From the NCBI RefSeq assembly GCF_009914755.1, contig NC_060947.1: a DNA stretch of 64,000 nt, one strand, 5' to 3'. Shown here piece by piece: positions 48,094 to 62,559 of the stretch; position 1 is the first letter of the stretch; every line of letters begins with the position of its first letter. This DNA comes from the human T2T-CHM13v2.0 reference genome, Homo sapiens. A program made the position numbers and the translations under genes. The notes beneath the pieces are model-generated. The model was not told the origin of the DNA, did no database searches, and saw nothing but the letters and a program-made list of their open reading frames with translations.

Positions 48094-48542
48094 ATTACAT
48101 TCCCCAACAAATATGCACAAATATTATGTAAAAACAGAAATATATAACTTTAAAAATTGAAATATAAATTTTTTAAACTATTACAACATTAAAATACTGT
48201 TTGAGAAAGCAAGGACATAATTCTTAGTTTCTTGTCAGGTGCTGACCATATTTCTCACACGACCCAAAGCTGCTTTCCTTTCTGGATTATCTCAGAGTGC
48301 AAAAGCGTGTCCTTCCTTGGGATGGCAAATATTTTAGGCAAGCAGAATAGAATGATTTTGTGGCATGTGTCTGAGTGGTTCTTGCATTCCCTTAGAAAAG
48401 TATCTGTTGTCAGGGTCACAGCCAGCTTAGTATTGTTTTCTCAGAAATAAATGGGCAAGGAAAACTCCCGTACCAGGTGTACCTCATAACAGGGATCCAA
48501 ATTTTTCCTAACTGAGGATGTCTTGTGTTTCAGTTCTTTAAC

Positions 48543-48543
<1 letters not shown>

Positions 48544-48572
<29 letters not shown>
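48544..48572. repeat. (GT)n microsatellite
   Basis: About 14 GT units. Confidence 0.95.
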
Positions 48573-48575
<3 letters not shown>

Positions 48576-49229
48576 CTGTTCCTCTGATTAGACTGCCCAT
48601 CTTGGGGGGACTCAATCATCTTTTTATATTTCCTTTCATCTCTCACAGCTTCTGGAGCAGTGTTTGAACTATATCAATAAAGGTGAAGGACAGAGTTAGT
48701 GAATAGCAGGGTGAGAAACCAGTCATTACACAGGACAACTCTCTAGGTTCTGCCACTTACAAAAACTTGGGTCTGTTCATCTCTAAATCAATGAGTGGGT
48801 TTTAGCCATGAACCATGCTGTGATGAGAATAGCCCTTATCAGATACAGAGGGTGAGTTGGAGAACAAATGAGATAGTGAAATATCAAGTCTATCTTGTTC
48901 TTTTTAAAATAGCTATGATTATCTGGCCAAATAGAATTGTTTTGGGTGAAAATTTACTTCCATAGAAATAGTATCATTTTACTTTCATTAAATCACTTCT
49001 ATTCTTTTCACCATAAATATTTATTAGGAATTGACCTCAAGAGTTGGCAACATTAAAAAAAGTTAGAATACTTTAGGGATATTTTAGAAGCATAAAATGA
49101 AGGCTGTGAACATTCAGCACTTATAACTGGTCCAGTGGAGCCAGATCATGAATAATTCCTCGGGAAAAGTGTTAACTCCCCAAACTAAGTTAGGCCTTAG
49201 TAAACCTCTTATATGCTCTCATAGCTCCA

Positions 49230-52200
49230 TATATATTTTTTGGGTAACATTTTATTCTTATATAATTTCAAATTTACAGGAAAGTTGCAGGAATAGTAGA
49301 AGAAAATCCTGCTTTACCCAAATTCTCCAGTTGTTTACCTTTCATCCCATCGTTTTCACTCTCTCTCTCTCTTTCTCCCACTCCTTCCTCTTTTCTTCTC
49401 ACCCCCTATTATGTAAGAATAAGTTGCATACATGCTCATTTACCTCTAATTATTTGTCTTTTCCCTAGGAAACCTCTTACATAACCACAGTAGAGTTATC
49501 AAAGTCGTGGTATTCATACAATATTATTATCTAATTCACAAAAAAAGTTGTAAAATGTCTCAATAATGTCATTTATAACTTTTTAATTTCCTAGTACAGG
49601 AGCCAATCAAGAATTGCCAATCAGGCATTGCATTCAGTTGTCATATCTCTTTACTTTCCTTTGGTCTGGAGTAATTTCTCGGCCTTCTTTTTTATTCCTT
49701 AATTTTGACTTCTTTGAAGAGTACAGATCAGTTATTTTGTAGAATATTCACCTGTTTTAGTTTGTCAACATTTCCTCATTAAATTCAAGTATTGCATTTG
49801 TGGCAGAAATACTCCAGAAGTTAAGGAGTGCCCTTCTCAACACATCATATAAGAAGGTATGAGAACACATGGACACAGGGAGGGGAACATCACACACTGC
49901 GGCCTGTCAGGGGGTGGGGGGCTAGGGGAGGGATAGCATTAGGAGAAATACCTAATGGAGATGACGGGTTGATGGGTGCAGCAACTTAAACCACCATGGC
50001 ACGTGTATACTTATGTAACAAACCTGCACGCTCTGCACATATATCCCAGAACTTAAAGTATAATAATTAAAAAAAGAAAATAACACTAACTTAGCATAAG
50101 AGGTCTTGGGTTTAGAAGATGATACAACAACATCTAGAGACCCAACATGATTATCAAAGACTGAGGAGCTTGCTGAGTGGGCGAGCAAACACATTCTGGG
50201 TAGCCCCTGTATTGGGAGGTGAGAAGTCCTATATAAAAGTAATAATTATCTGCATTAATTGATTTGTTGAAAAAAATAAAAATAAAAATAAAATCACTTA
50301 TTAATGGCCAGAAATAAAAGAAGGTATGATATCTATTTGTCCCTTTAATGGCTAATTTTGGTCACTTGGTGATGGCAGTGTATGCCAATTTTCTCCATTG
50401 TAAGATTATTGATTCCTTTGTAATTTATAAGTGGTTTGTGAAGAGCTATGTTGAGATGATATAAATATCCTATTCTCATCTAACTTTCACCAACTATTTT
50501 AACATTCATTGACTCCATCATTTCTTATACATTTATTTGTTGACATTCTACTGTGGGGAAAAGCTTTCCCTTCTCCCTCACTTAGTTATCATTTATTGAT
50601 ATGAGTATGGGACTATTAAATCTTATTTTATTCACAGATTACAATCTCTTAAAATCATTATTTATTTTGATGCTTAAATTATCCTAGAACTGACCAATCT
50701 CAGAAGTGGCTCCTATGATATAACCCCCATCATTATTGGATACTTAATTACCTTTAGGCACTAAAAAAGCTTATCTTCTACTCCCCCTGGTCCATCCTTG
50801 GAATTAACCATTTCTCCAAAATGTCTTGATTCATTTTAGAAGCCAAGATCTCGGTGGTAGGTGTGCTGATCACATTGAGCCTATCTCAGCTGACCAAGTT
50901 CATACTATGAGCTTATATTGAAAAAGCCAGTACAAATACATCACAGTTTTCATATACTTTCCCCTATCTATAATTCACTTACTGTAGTCTAGAATACCTA
51001 AAAAGTAGCTTAAAATTTCTGACCCATTCTGTTGTGAAAACTCAACCTACCAAACTTCCAAGTAGAATTCACTATTTGCATACAGAGAAACACACATTTG
51101 AAATGTACCTGTGACAAATATATGTATACCCATGTATCCAGCATGCCTATCTAGATATAGATTATTTCCAACACCCAAAAGTTTCCTCTTTCTCTCTTGC
51201 AATCAGCTGCTGACCTATCGCAATCAACTGCTGCCCTCTCTTGCAATAACTGTTCAAGTTTTAACTATAGATTAGTTTGTCTTTCTGGAATGTTTAAAAA
51301 TATAATTATAATATTTTATGTCTGGGTTTTCCCACTTTTACCATAATGTTTTGAGTTTCATCTACATTATTGCATGTATCAATTGTTAATTATTTTTGTT
51401 GTTTACTAGAATTCTATTGTATGGATATAAGTAATTTTTTATCCATTGTTCTGTTGATAGACATTTGGGTTATTTCCAGGTTTCAGCTGTCAGGAACAAA
51501 ACTGCTATAATAACTTACATACAAATCTTACTGGTGACATATATTTTCATTTCTCTAAAATAAACATATAAGACTGGCATTGCTGGGTCATAGGGTAGGA
51601 ATACCTTTCCCTTCTTAGATTGACTTTCAAAGTGGTCATACTGTTATACTTTCCCACCCTTAATGTAGAGTCCTAATTTCTCCATAAACTCTACAACATT
51701 TGGTGTTGTCAATCATCTTGGTTTTAGATGTTCAAATGTGTGTGTAATATTATCTCTTAATAATTTTAGTTTGCATTTTCCTAATAACTGATGGTATTAA
51801 ACATTTTTCATGTGATTATTGTTCATTTGCGTATTTTCCTTTCTAGTATGTATGCTCATATATTTTGCCCAATGTCATTGTGATGTTGGTCTTTCTACCA
51901 TAGAGTAGTAGGAATTATTTATAGTCTGGATAAAGGATTTTTCTCAGCTATATTTTACAAGCATTTTTTCCAGAACAGCTTAAACATTCATTCCCTCAAT
52001 GACTACTTTTGAGGAGAAAGAGGTTTTAATTTTGATAAATTTTATTGTATCGAATTTTTCTTTGTTAGTGCATTCTGATAGAATACTTTATCCCAAATTT
52101 ATGAAGATATTTTCATGTTTTTTTCTCTATAATTTTTATTTTACATTTTTAGATTTATATGACTTTTCCCAAATTAACTTTTATGAATAGTATAAGATAT

Positions 52201-52555
52201 CAGTTGAAGTTTTTATATTTCCATATGGATATCCAGTTGTCCCAGCACCACTTATTAAAAATACTTCCCTTTCTCCATTGAATTGCTTAGGCACATTTGC
52301 AAAGCATAAACTCACTGTATGAGTGTGACTCTTTCTGTACTCAGTATTTTATTCCATGGAGGAACTTACCTATTCTCATGCCAATGTCAGGCTATCTTGA
52401 TCAGTGTAACTTTACAGTAAATCTTGAAAACAGGTAATGTATATTCTACATTATTGTTCTACTTTTAAATATTATCTTGGCTACTCTAGGTCCTTTTGAT
52501 TTCCATACACATTTTAGAATAAAACTCATACCTTACCAAAAGAAAAGCTTTCTTG
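49230..52555 (-). mobile_element. Old L1MC4-like 3' end (49230-~51080) followed by an L1MD/ME fragment
   Basis: tataatttcaaatttacaggaaagttgc...; antisense ORF2 motifs from 51100. Confidence 0.7.
49863..50317 (+). mobile_element. Short L1PA7/8 3' end plus about 240 bp of 3'-transduced sequence
   Basis: TSD aagaaggtatga at 49851-49862 and 50318-50329 encloses the L1 end (to about 50078) and non-L1 DNA with AATAAA and an A-rich end. Confidence 0.8.
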
Positions 52556-52559
52556 GATT

Positions 52560-55500
52560 TTCTTTTTTTTTAATATTTATGGGTACATAGTAGGTATATA
52601 TATATTTGTGTGGTGTGAGATATTTTGACACAGGCATACGATACATAATAATCACATCAGAGTAAATGGAGTATCTATTCCCTTAAGCATTTATCAGCTT
52701 TTGTATTACAAACATGTCAATTATACTCTTTTAGTTATTTTACAATGTACAATACCTTTTTGTTGACTGTAATAACCCTCTTGTGCTATCAAGTACTAGA
52801 TCTTATCCATTGTATCTAATTATATTTTTGTAACCATTAACCATTCCCACTTGATTACCTTTCCCTGCCTCTGGTAACCGTCATTCTATTCTCTATCTCC
52901 ATGAGTTCAATTGTTTTAATTTTTAGCTCCCACAAGTAAGTGAAAACATAGGATGTTTGTCTTTCGTTTCTGGCTTATTTCACTTAAAATAATGATCTTC
53001 AGTTCCATTAACGTTATTGCAAATGATTGGATCTCACTCTTCTTTTATAGCTGAATAGTATTCAATTGTGAATATGTACCACAACTTCTTTACCCATTTT
53101 TCTGTTAATGGACACTTAAGTTGCTTCCAAATCTTGTCTATGGTGAATAGTTCTGCAATAAACATGAAAGTACAGATATCTCTTTAACATACTGATTTCC
53201 TTTCTTTGGCGTATGTACCTAGGAGTGAGATTGCTGGATCATATGGTAGTTCTATTTTTTATTTTCTCAAAAACCTCCAAACTGTTCTTTATAGTGATTG
53301 TACTAATTCACATTCCCACTAACAGTGTAAAAGGGCTCCCTTTTCTCCACATCCTTGCCAGTATTCATTGTTGCCTGTCTTTTGGATAAAAGCCATGTTA
53401 ACTAGAGTGAGATGAGATATCCTATTGCAATTTTGATTTGAATTTCTGTGATGATTAATGATGGTGAACACCTTTTCATACACCTGTTTGTCATTTGCAT
53501 GTCTTCTTCTGAGAAATGTCTATTCACATCTTTTGCCCATTTTTAAATCAGGTTATTAGATTTTTTTTTCCTATAGAGCCATTTGAGCTCCTTATATACT
53601 CTGGTTATTAATCTATTGTCAGATGACTAGTTTGCAAATATTTTCTCCCCTTCTGTGGATTGTCTTCTCAGTTTGTTGATTTCCATTGCTTGCAGAAGCT
53701 TTTTAACTTAATGTTATAACTTGATAGCTTGATGTTATCCAAATTGATCGTTTCTGCTTTGGTTGTCTGTGCTTTTGGGGTCTTACTCAAGAAATCTTTG
53801 CCCAGATCAATGTCCTGGAGAGTTGCCACAATGTTTCCTTTTAGTGGTTTCATAATATAAGGTCTTAGATTTTACTCTTTAATCCATTTAGATTTTTATA
53901 TATGGCGAAAGATGGGGTCTAGTTTCATTCTTCTGCATATGGATATATCCAGTTTTCCCAGCACCATTTATTAAAGAGACTGTCTTTTTCCCCAATGTAT
54001 GTTCTTGACACCTTTGTTGAAAATGAGTTCACTGTAGATATATGGATTTATTTTCTATTCTGATCCATTGTCCTAAGTGTCTGTTTTTATGCCAGTACTA
54101 TGCTGTTTTGGTTACTATACCTGTATAGTATAATTTGAAGTCAGATAACATGACTCCTCCAGTTTTGTTCTTTTTCTTCAGGAAGGCTTTGGCTACTCTT
54201 GGTATTTTGTGGTTCCATATAGATTCTAAGATTATTTTTGCTATTTTTGTGAAGAAAGTCATTGGTATTTTGATAGGGATTCCATTAAATCTGTAAATTG
54301 CTTTAAGTAGTATGGACATTTTAACAATATTGGTACTTCCAATTCATGAGCATGGAATATGTTTTTACTTTTTATGTCCTTCTCATTTTTAACATTAATG
54401 TTTTATAGTTTTTATTATAGAGATCTTGCACTTCTTTGGTTAAGTTTATTCCTAGGTATTTTATTTTATTTATACCTATTGGAAATGAGATTACTTTCTT
54501 GACTTGTTTTTCAGATTGTTTGCTGTTGGCATATAGAAATGCTACTTATTTTTTATATTGATTCTGTAGCCTGCAACTTTACTGAATTTATTCATCAGTT
54601 GTGAATTTTTTTGTGTAGTCTTTAGGATTTCCCAAATATATGATTATATCATCTGTAAACAAAGATAATTTGACTTTCTTTCCAATTTGGATGCTCTTTA
54701 CTTCTTTCTCAAGTTCGATTGCTCTAGCTAGGATTTCCAGCATGTTGAATAATAGAGGTGAAAGTAAGAACCCTTTTCATGTTCCAGATCTTAAAGGAAA
54801 GGCTGTCAGTTTTTTCCCGTTTAGTATGATACTAGCTGTGGGCCTGTCTGTATAGCTTTTATTATACTGAGGTGTATTTATTCTATGCCCCATTTTTCTG
54901 TGGATTTTTATCAAGAAGAGTTGTTAAATTTTATTAAATGCTTTGTCAGGATCCATTGAGATGATCATATGGTTTTCATCATTCATTTCGTTGCTATGAT
55001 GTATGACATTGATTGATTTGCATATGTGAAAACATCCTTGGATTTTGCATTAAATCAAAAGCTTCTTCTACATCTATGGAGATGATCATGTTTTTTGCTT
55101 TTAATTCTGTTTGTGTGGCAAATCATATTTATTGATTTTTGTTTGTTGAACCAACTTTACATATCAGAAATAAGCCAACTCGATCATGGTGTATTAACTT
55201 TTTGATGTGCTACTGGAATTTGTTTACTGGTATATCGTTGAGGATTTTTGCATATATGTTCATCGGGGATATTAGCCTGAAGTTTTCTTTTTCCGTTGTG
55301 TCTCTGCCAGATTTTGATATTAGGCTAATGCTTACTTCAGAGAGTGAGTTAGGGAGGGGCCTCTCTTCCTCAATTTTTTTTGAAATAGTTTCAATGGGAT
55401 TGTTACCAGTTATTTTTACATCCAGTAAACTTCAGCTGTGAATCCATCTGGTCCTGGGCTTCTTTTTTGTTGCTGGTATATTTTTTCTTACTGATTAATT

Positions 55501-58500
55501 TCAGAGCCTGCTGTTGGTCTATTCAGAGTTTCATCTCTTCTGATTCAATCTTGGGAGACTGTGTTTGCAAAAGTTTATTCGTTTCCTCCAGATTTTCAAA
55601 TTCGTGTGCATGGGGTTGTTCATAGTATTCTCTGAGTATCTTCTGTATTTCTGTGGGATTGGTTGTAATTTCACCTTTCTTGTTTCTGATTTCGTTTATT
55701 TGAATCTTCTCTCTTTTTTCGTTGTTAATCTAGCTAGCAGTCTAGCAATTTTCTTTATCCTTTCAAATAACCAATTTTGGGTTTCTTTGATTATTGGTAT
55801 GGATTTCTGGGTCTCAATTACCTTTAGTTCTGGTCTGATTTTAGTTATTAATTTTATTGTACTAGTGTTGGGGTTAGTTTGTTCTCGTTATTCTAATTCC
55901 TCTAGATGTAATGTTAAATTGCTAATTTGAGATCTTTCTTTCTGAAATAGGCTTTAGCATTATATACTTTTTGCCTAACACAACTTTTGCCACACCACAG
56001 AGATTCTGGTATGTAGTTCCTCTGTTTTCACTGATTTTGAAGAATTTTTTCATTTCTGCCTTAATTACTTTGTTTACACCCAAAAGTTGTTTAGGAGCAA
56101 GTTGTTTAATTTCCATGTAATTGTGTGGTTTGGAGAGATATTGATATTGGTTTCTATTTTTCTTCTAGTGTGGTCAGATAGTATGGTTGGTATGTTTTTG
56201 ATTTATATAAATTTATTGAGACTTCCTCTATGGCTGGGCATGTGGTTGATATTGGAATGTGTTCCATATTGCAGATGGCAAAAATGCATATTCTATGGTT
56301 AACAGGTGGAGTATTTTGTAGACTTCTATTAGGTCCCATTGGTCAAGCATTGTGTTTAAGTCCAGAATTTGTTTTGTTGGTTTTCTGTCTTGATGATCTC
56401 TCCAACACTGTCAGTCTGGTGTTGAATTATTATTTTGTGTCTAAGTCTTTTCATAGGTGTAGAAGTACTTGTTTTATGAATATGAGTGCTCCAATGTTGG
56501 GTGCATATATATATTTAGGATGCCTAAGTCTTCTTGTTGAATTGAACGTGTTATCATTATGTGATGCCATTCTTTGTCCTTCTTTACTGTTGTTGGTTTA
56601 AAGTATGTTTTATTTGAAATAAGAATAGTGACCTATGTTTTTTATTTTTTCTGTTTGCATGGTAGATCTTTCTGTCACCCTTTATTGTAAGCCTATGATT
56701 ATAGTTATGTCTTAGTTGGGTCTCTTGAAGACAGCAGATGGATGAGTCTAGTTCTTTTATCCATCTTGCCACTCTGTGTCTTTGAAGTGAGGGTGTTTAG
56801 ACCATTTACATTCAAAGTTAATAGTGATATATGAGGTTTTAATCCCATCATGAAGTTTTCAGCTGTTTGCTTTGCAGTTTCCATTGTGTGGTTGTTTTAT
56901 AAAGTCTGCAGGCTATGTGCTTAAGTGTGTTTTTGTGGTAGCAGGTATTATTCTTTGTTTTCCATGTTGAGAACTCCCTTGAGGATCTCTTGTCAAGCTA
57001 GTCTAGTGTTAATGAGTTCCCTTCACACTTGCTTATCTGGAAAATGTTTTATATCTCCCTGGCTTATGAAACTTCATTTGGCAAGGTATAACGTTAGTGA
57101 CTGGCATTTCTTTTCTTTAAGAATGCTGAAAATAGATCCCCAGTCACTCTTGGCTTGTAAGGTTTCTGTTGAGAAGTCCGCATTTAGCCTGCTGAGTTTC
57201 CCTTTTCATGTAATCTTACCTTTCTCTATAGCTGAATTTTAGATTTTCTTCTTTAGGGTTGATCTTGAACATTCTAGTGAGTATATGCCTTCGTGATGTT
57301 CATTTTGTATAGTATCTTGCAGGTGTTGTCTGGATTTCTTATATCTAAATGTCTACCTCTCTAACAAGATTAGAAAAGTTTTCTTAAATTATTCCCTCAA
57401 ATATGTTTTCCAGGCTGTTTACTTTTTCTCTGTCTGTCTCAGGAATGCTAGTAATTCATAGGTTTGGTTGCTTTACATAATCCCATATTTCTTGAAAACA
57501 TTGTTTATTTTTATTTTTTTTCTTTATTTTTATCTGACTGGGCTGATTTGAAAGACTGGTCTTCAAGCTCTTAAATTTCTTTACTTGGCTTGGCCCAGTC
57601 TATTGATAAAGCTTTCAATTGTATTTTGAAATTCCTTAAGTGAATTTTCAATTCCAGAAGCTAATTTATTTGTTTTTATGATGTTTCTCTTCCTTCATTT
57701 CCTGAATTGCTTTAGACTTTTCTTTGTGTCAATTTTCAACCTTGTCTTGGATCTCATTGAGCTTCCTGGCAATATATACTTTGAATTCTTTATCTGTCAT
57801 TTCTGAGTTTCCATTTTGGCTAAGGACCATTGCTGGAGAGCTAGTGTGATCTTTTGGTGGTGTCACTACATTTCAGATTTTTCATAGTGCCAGAATTCTC
57901 GTGCTGGTTCCCCATAATTTGGAGATGCTGCTGACATTTCTAATTTTTTAGTCATTCTTGTATGGGTAAGATTTTTAATTTTTTTTTCTTTCTTTCCACA
58001 TGATTCCCTTTGCACTTGCTTCTCTGGAAAATATTTTCATTTCTCATTCACTTATGAAGCCTTCTTTGGTGGGATATAAAATTATTGATTGGAATCTCTT
58101 TTCTCTAGATATGCTAACAGTAGGCCACCAATCTCTCCAGACTTGCAAGATTTCTGATGAGAAGTATGCTGTTAACCTGATGACTTTCCCTTTGTAAGTA
58201 ATATGAACTTTTTCTCTAGTTACCGTTAAGATTTTTTATTTCCCTTTTCCTCTCCACCCCCTCTTTGGGGTGTAGCTGTAGAGAGTGCTGGGTAGGGTCT
58301 TTTGACTTTGCTTCTAGAGCCCTATGCACTTCTTTCAGCAGGTTTTGTATTGGGATGTGCAGTTTGACCCGTAAGCCAGTAGATGGCGCTTATAAGTGAG
58401 AGCTGGCTGCAGCCAATATAGCTGGATATAAACTTGGTCCTAATTTACTGCCTGAAGCTCTCTGTTGCCTCAGGCAATGGGCTGATTTGTGGAATGTACA

Positions 58501-59755
58501 GTGGTCTCAGCTCCTGCTCAGCACCTGGGGGCAGAGGCCATGATGGGTGGGTCTGAACCGGGCAGGTCTGCCTACAGGTCTCCCAGAGGCAGGCACGAGC
58601 ACCAGTGCCATGGGACAATCCAGTGGGTGGCTGCCAAGCACCCAGAAGTGTGTCTAGGTGTGGAGCTGGGAAACCTCCTCAGCCCCATGCTCTCTGCATG
58701 GGATCAGGAGTGGCCTAAACTCCTAATTAAAGAGAGTGGGTCTTCCAGAAGCCTGGAGACCTGCCTGGGCGTGCAGTGGAAAGGGCCTCCTTCCTCCAGG
58801 ATCTTTGCACAGGAAATATGGGGTGGGTCAGGCTGCTGATCCAGTTGAGGTGCTGCTCTGAATGCCTGGAGATCTGCCTGGGTGTGAAGCAGAGAGTGCC
58901 CTGTTGCACCATGATCTATGCCAATGAAGGGTAAGACAGCTCAGGGTCTTGAACCAGGTGAACTAGTGCTCCAAATGCCTGAATTTCTGCCTGGGGGTGG
59001 AGCAGAGAGGGCCCTGCTGCACCACAATCTCAAGAGAGTAGGGTGGGGCAAGCAGCAATGGCATATGCAGATCAGTTTCAGGTCACCAAGCTGGCTCCAG
59101 CTGCAAGTCTCACCACCCAAGGGAAACTGCAGCTGTAGTGGCTCTCTTCCCACCCCAGACTTGGTGGGGGTTGGAAGAACCAATTCCAGTACCTACTGCT
59201 GAGATGCTTTCCACAGTTTGGGCTGTGGAGGCCCCTACCCACTCAAAAGCAGGTGATCCAATCTCTTTTCGAAGACTAAAATACCTGTGTGGCCACACTG
59301 CCGAGTTGCCACGAATGGCTGACTTCATATGTGCCTGGATTTAAACGGCATCCTGCTCTTGATTGTTGGTCTGGAACAGCGTCTGCAACATTTTCTGGTG
59401 TCTTTCTCTCACAACATCTCCAAGCCTTTCCCCACTTTAACTTTAAGGTTTGGAAGAAACAAAATGCTCTCCCTTGACCGGGGTTGCTTGGATTCCCAGT
59501 AGAAAGGTGAGTCACAGAAGGAGGTTCTCTGCTTCTCTCATATATTAGGGGTTCACTCACTTTTATCAGCCAAATGTCATAAGGGGGGCTGTTTGCTGAC
59601 ATTCTCCTCCCCAGGATCTGGGATGTTCTTCATGATTCCAGTGGATTCCTATTTTTCTTCTTGAATTAAAGCACACAGAGTTCACCTTTATGCACTATCT
59701 TGCGATTTCCCAAGTCACAGAGGCATGCTAAAAGCCTCTAATCTGCCATCTTGGA
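52560..59755 (-). mobile_element. Long composite L1: L1MA3-like 3' part joined to an L1P-type ORF2/ORF1/5'UTR part
   Basis: L1MA 3'UTR at 52560, ORF2/EN remnants (ICCLQET in ORF 56584-56772), GC-richer repeated 5'UTR at 58300-59755 ending in revcomp CCAAGATGGCAG. Confidence 0.85.
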
Positions 59756-59759
59756 CTTG

Positions 59760-61500
<1,741 letters not shown>

Positions 61501-61749
61501 GCTGGTATACTATTTATTCTTGGTTAGATATTTGTACAATTACTTTATCTTAAACTCTGTCTCAATGGCTAGATTGTGTAATTTTACTTGTAAAAAGTCT
61601 TGTTCACTCTTTTAACCACCTAAGCCTAGCTCATTAACTGGCAAAAAGGTCTTCTTTACTGTTTTAATCCCAGCATTAAACACAGTCCTGGCATTAAAAG
61701 AGACATAATACATATTTAAGAAGTGTGTAAGGAATTTACTATAATACAT

Positions 61750-62125
61750 TATCATTTACAAAAATTTGCTTCCTCACTTGCAAAAGGATTATATCCAGCC
61801 TTGTTGAACTCAGGAAAAGCTATGTTATATGCTTTGGCCAATGACATGCTAGTGAGTAGTGATGGTGTCCCATTTTCAGTCAGAATCTTTAAGATTATTT
61901 TTTTCTCCACAACTATGGAGTCATGGAAGCATGTGTTGAGATGAAGCTCCTATGATCCTGGGTCTCAGGATAGCCATGATGAGATGAGAAAAGTCATATT
62001 TTAAAGCAGAATAGAAATAGAGTGAAAAAGGAAATATACAAAGAAATACACACAGCACAGTATTGTCACTGAGATTTGTAAGTTGTTTGTTACTACAACT
62101 TTATTTAGTCTTGCTTTACTTACAT
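61750..62125 (+). mobile_element. Old MLT1 (H/J-like) LTR
   Basis: gctttggccaatgac...gcatgtgttgagatg...cactgagattt...tgtttgttac. Confidence 0.5.
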
Positions 62126-62174
62126 ATGCAATAATGAAACAATAACAAAGTTACCCAGGTCAACCCCATCATAT

Positions 62175-62300
62175 AGAATACAACCTCCATGAGAGCAGGG
62201 ATTTTTTGTCTATATTGTTCATTGCTGCATTCCCGGTGCCTAAAACAGTGTGTGGAATAGTATAGGTTCTCAATAAATTTTTATAAATTAATTTGTCGAA
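62175..62300 (+). mobile_element. L2a 3' end
   Basis: ctccatgagagcagggatttt...gtgcctaaaacagtg...ctcaataaat. Confidence 0.75.
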
Positions 62301-62559
62301 TTAATTTAACATGGATCATAAATTAAGGTCAACATCAGTGGAAAATAAAGAAATATAACTTCTCGTTATTTGAAATAATGACACTGAACAGAGCTCCAAC
62401 CTTTGGAAACACTCTTCAGTCTACATTCTCCACTATTTGGACCTTTGTTTCTGCATCACAAATATACATGCTTGTGTTTGCTAGTTGTAAGTAGAAACTG
62501 AAGAAAGTCACTATTGACTTTAATGCAAAAGGAATGGATCTTAGAAAATTAAACATCCA

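Noticed and set aside
58300-59750. GC-richer segment with many ORFs and ~120-bp repeated units as a gene or novel array
   Set aside because: Explained by the repeated 5'UTR of the minus-strand L1.
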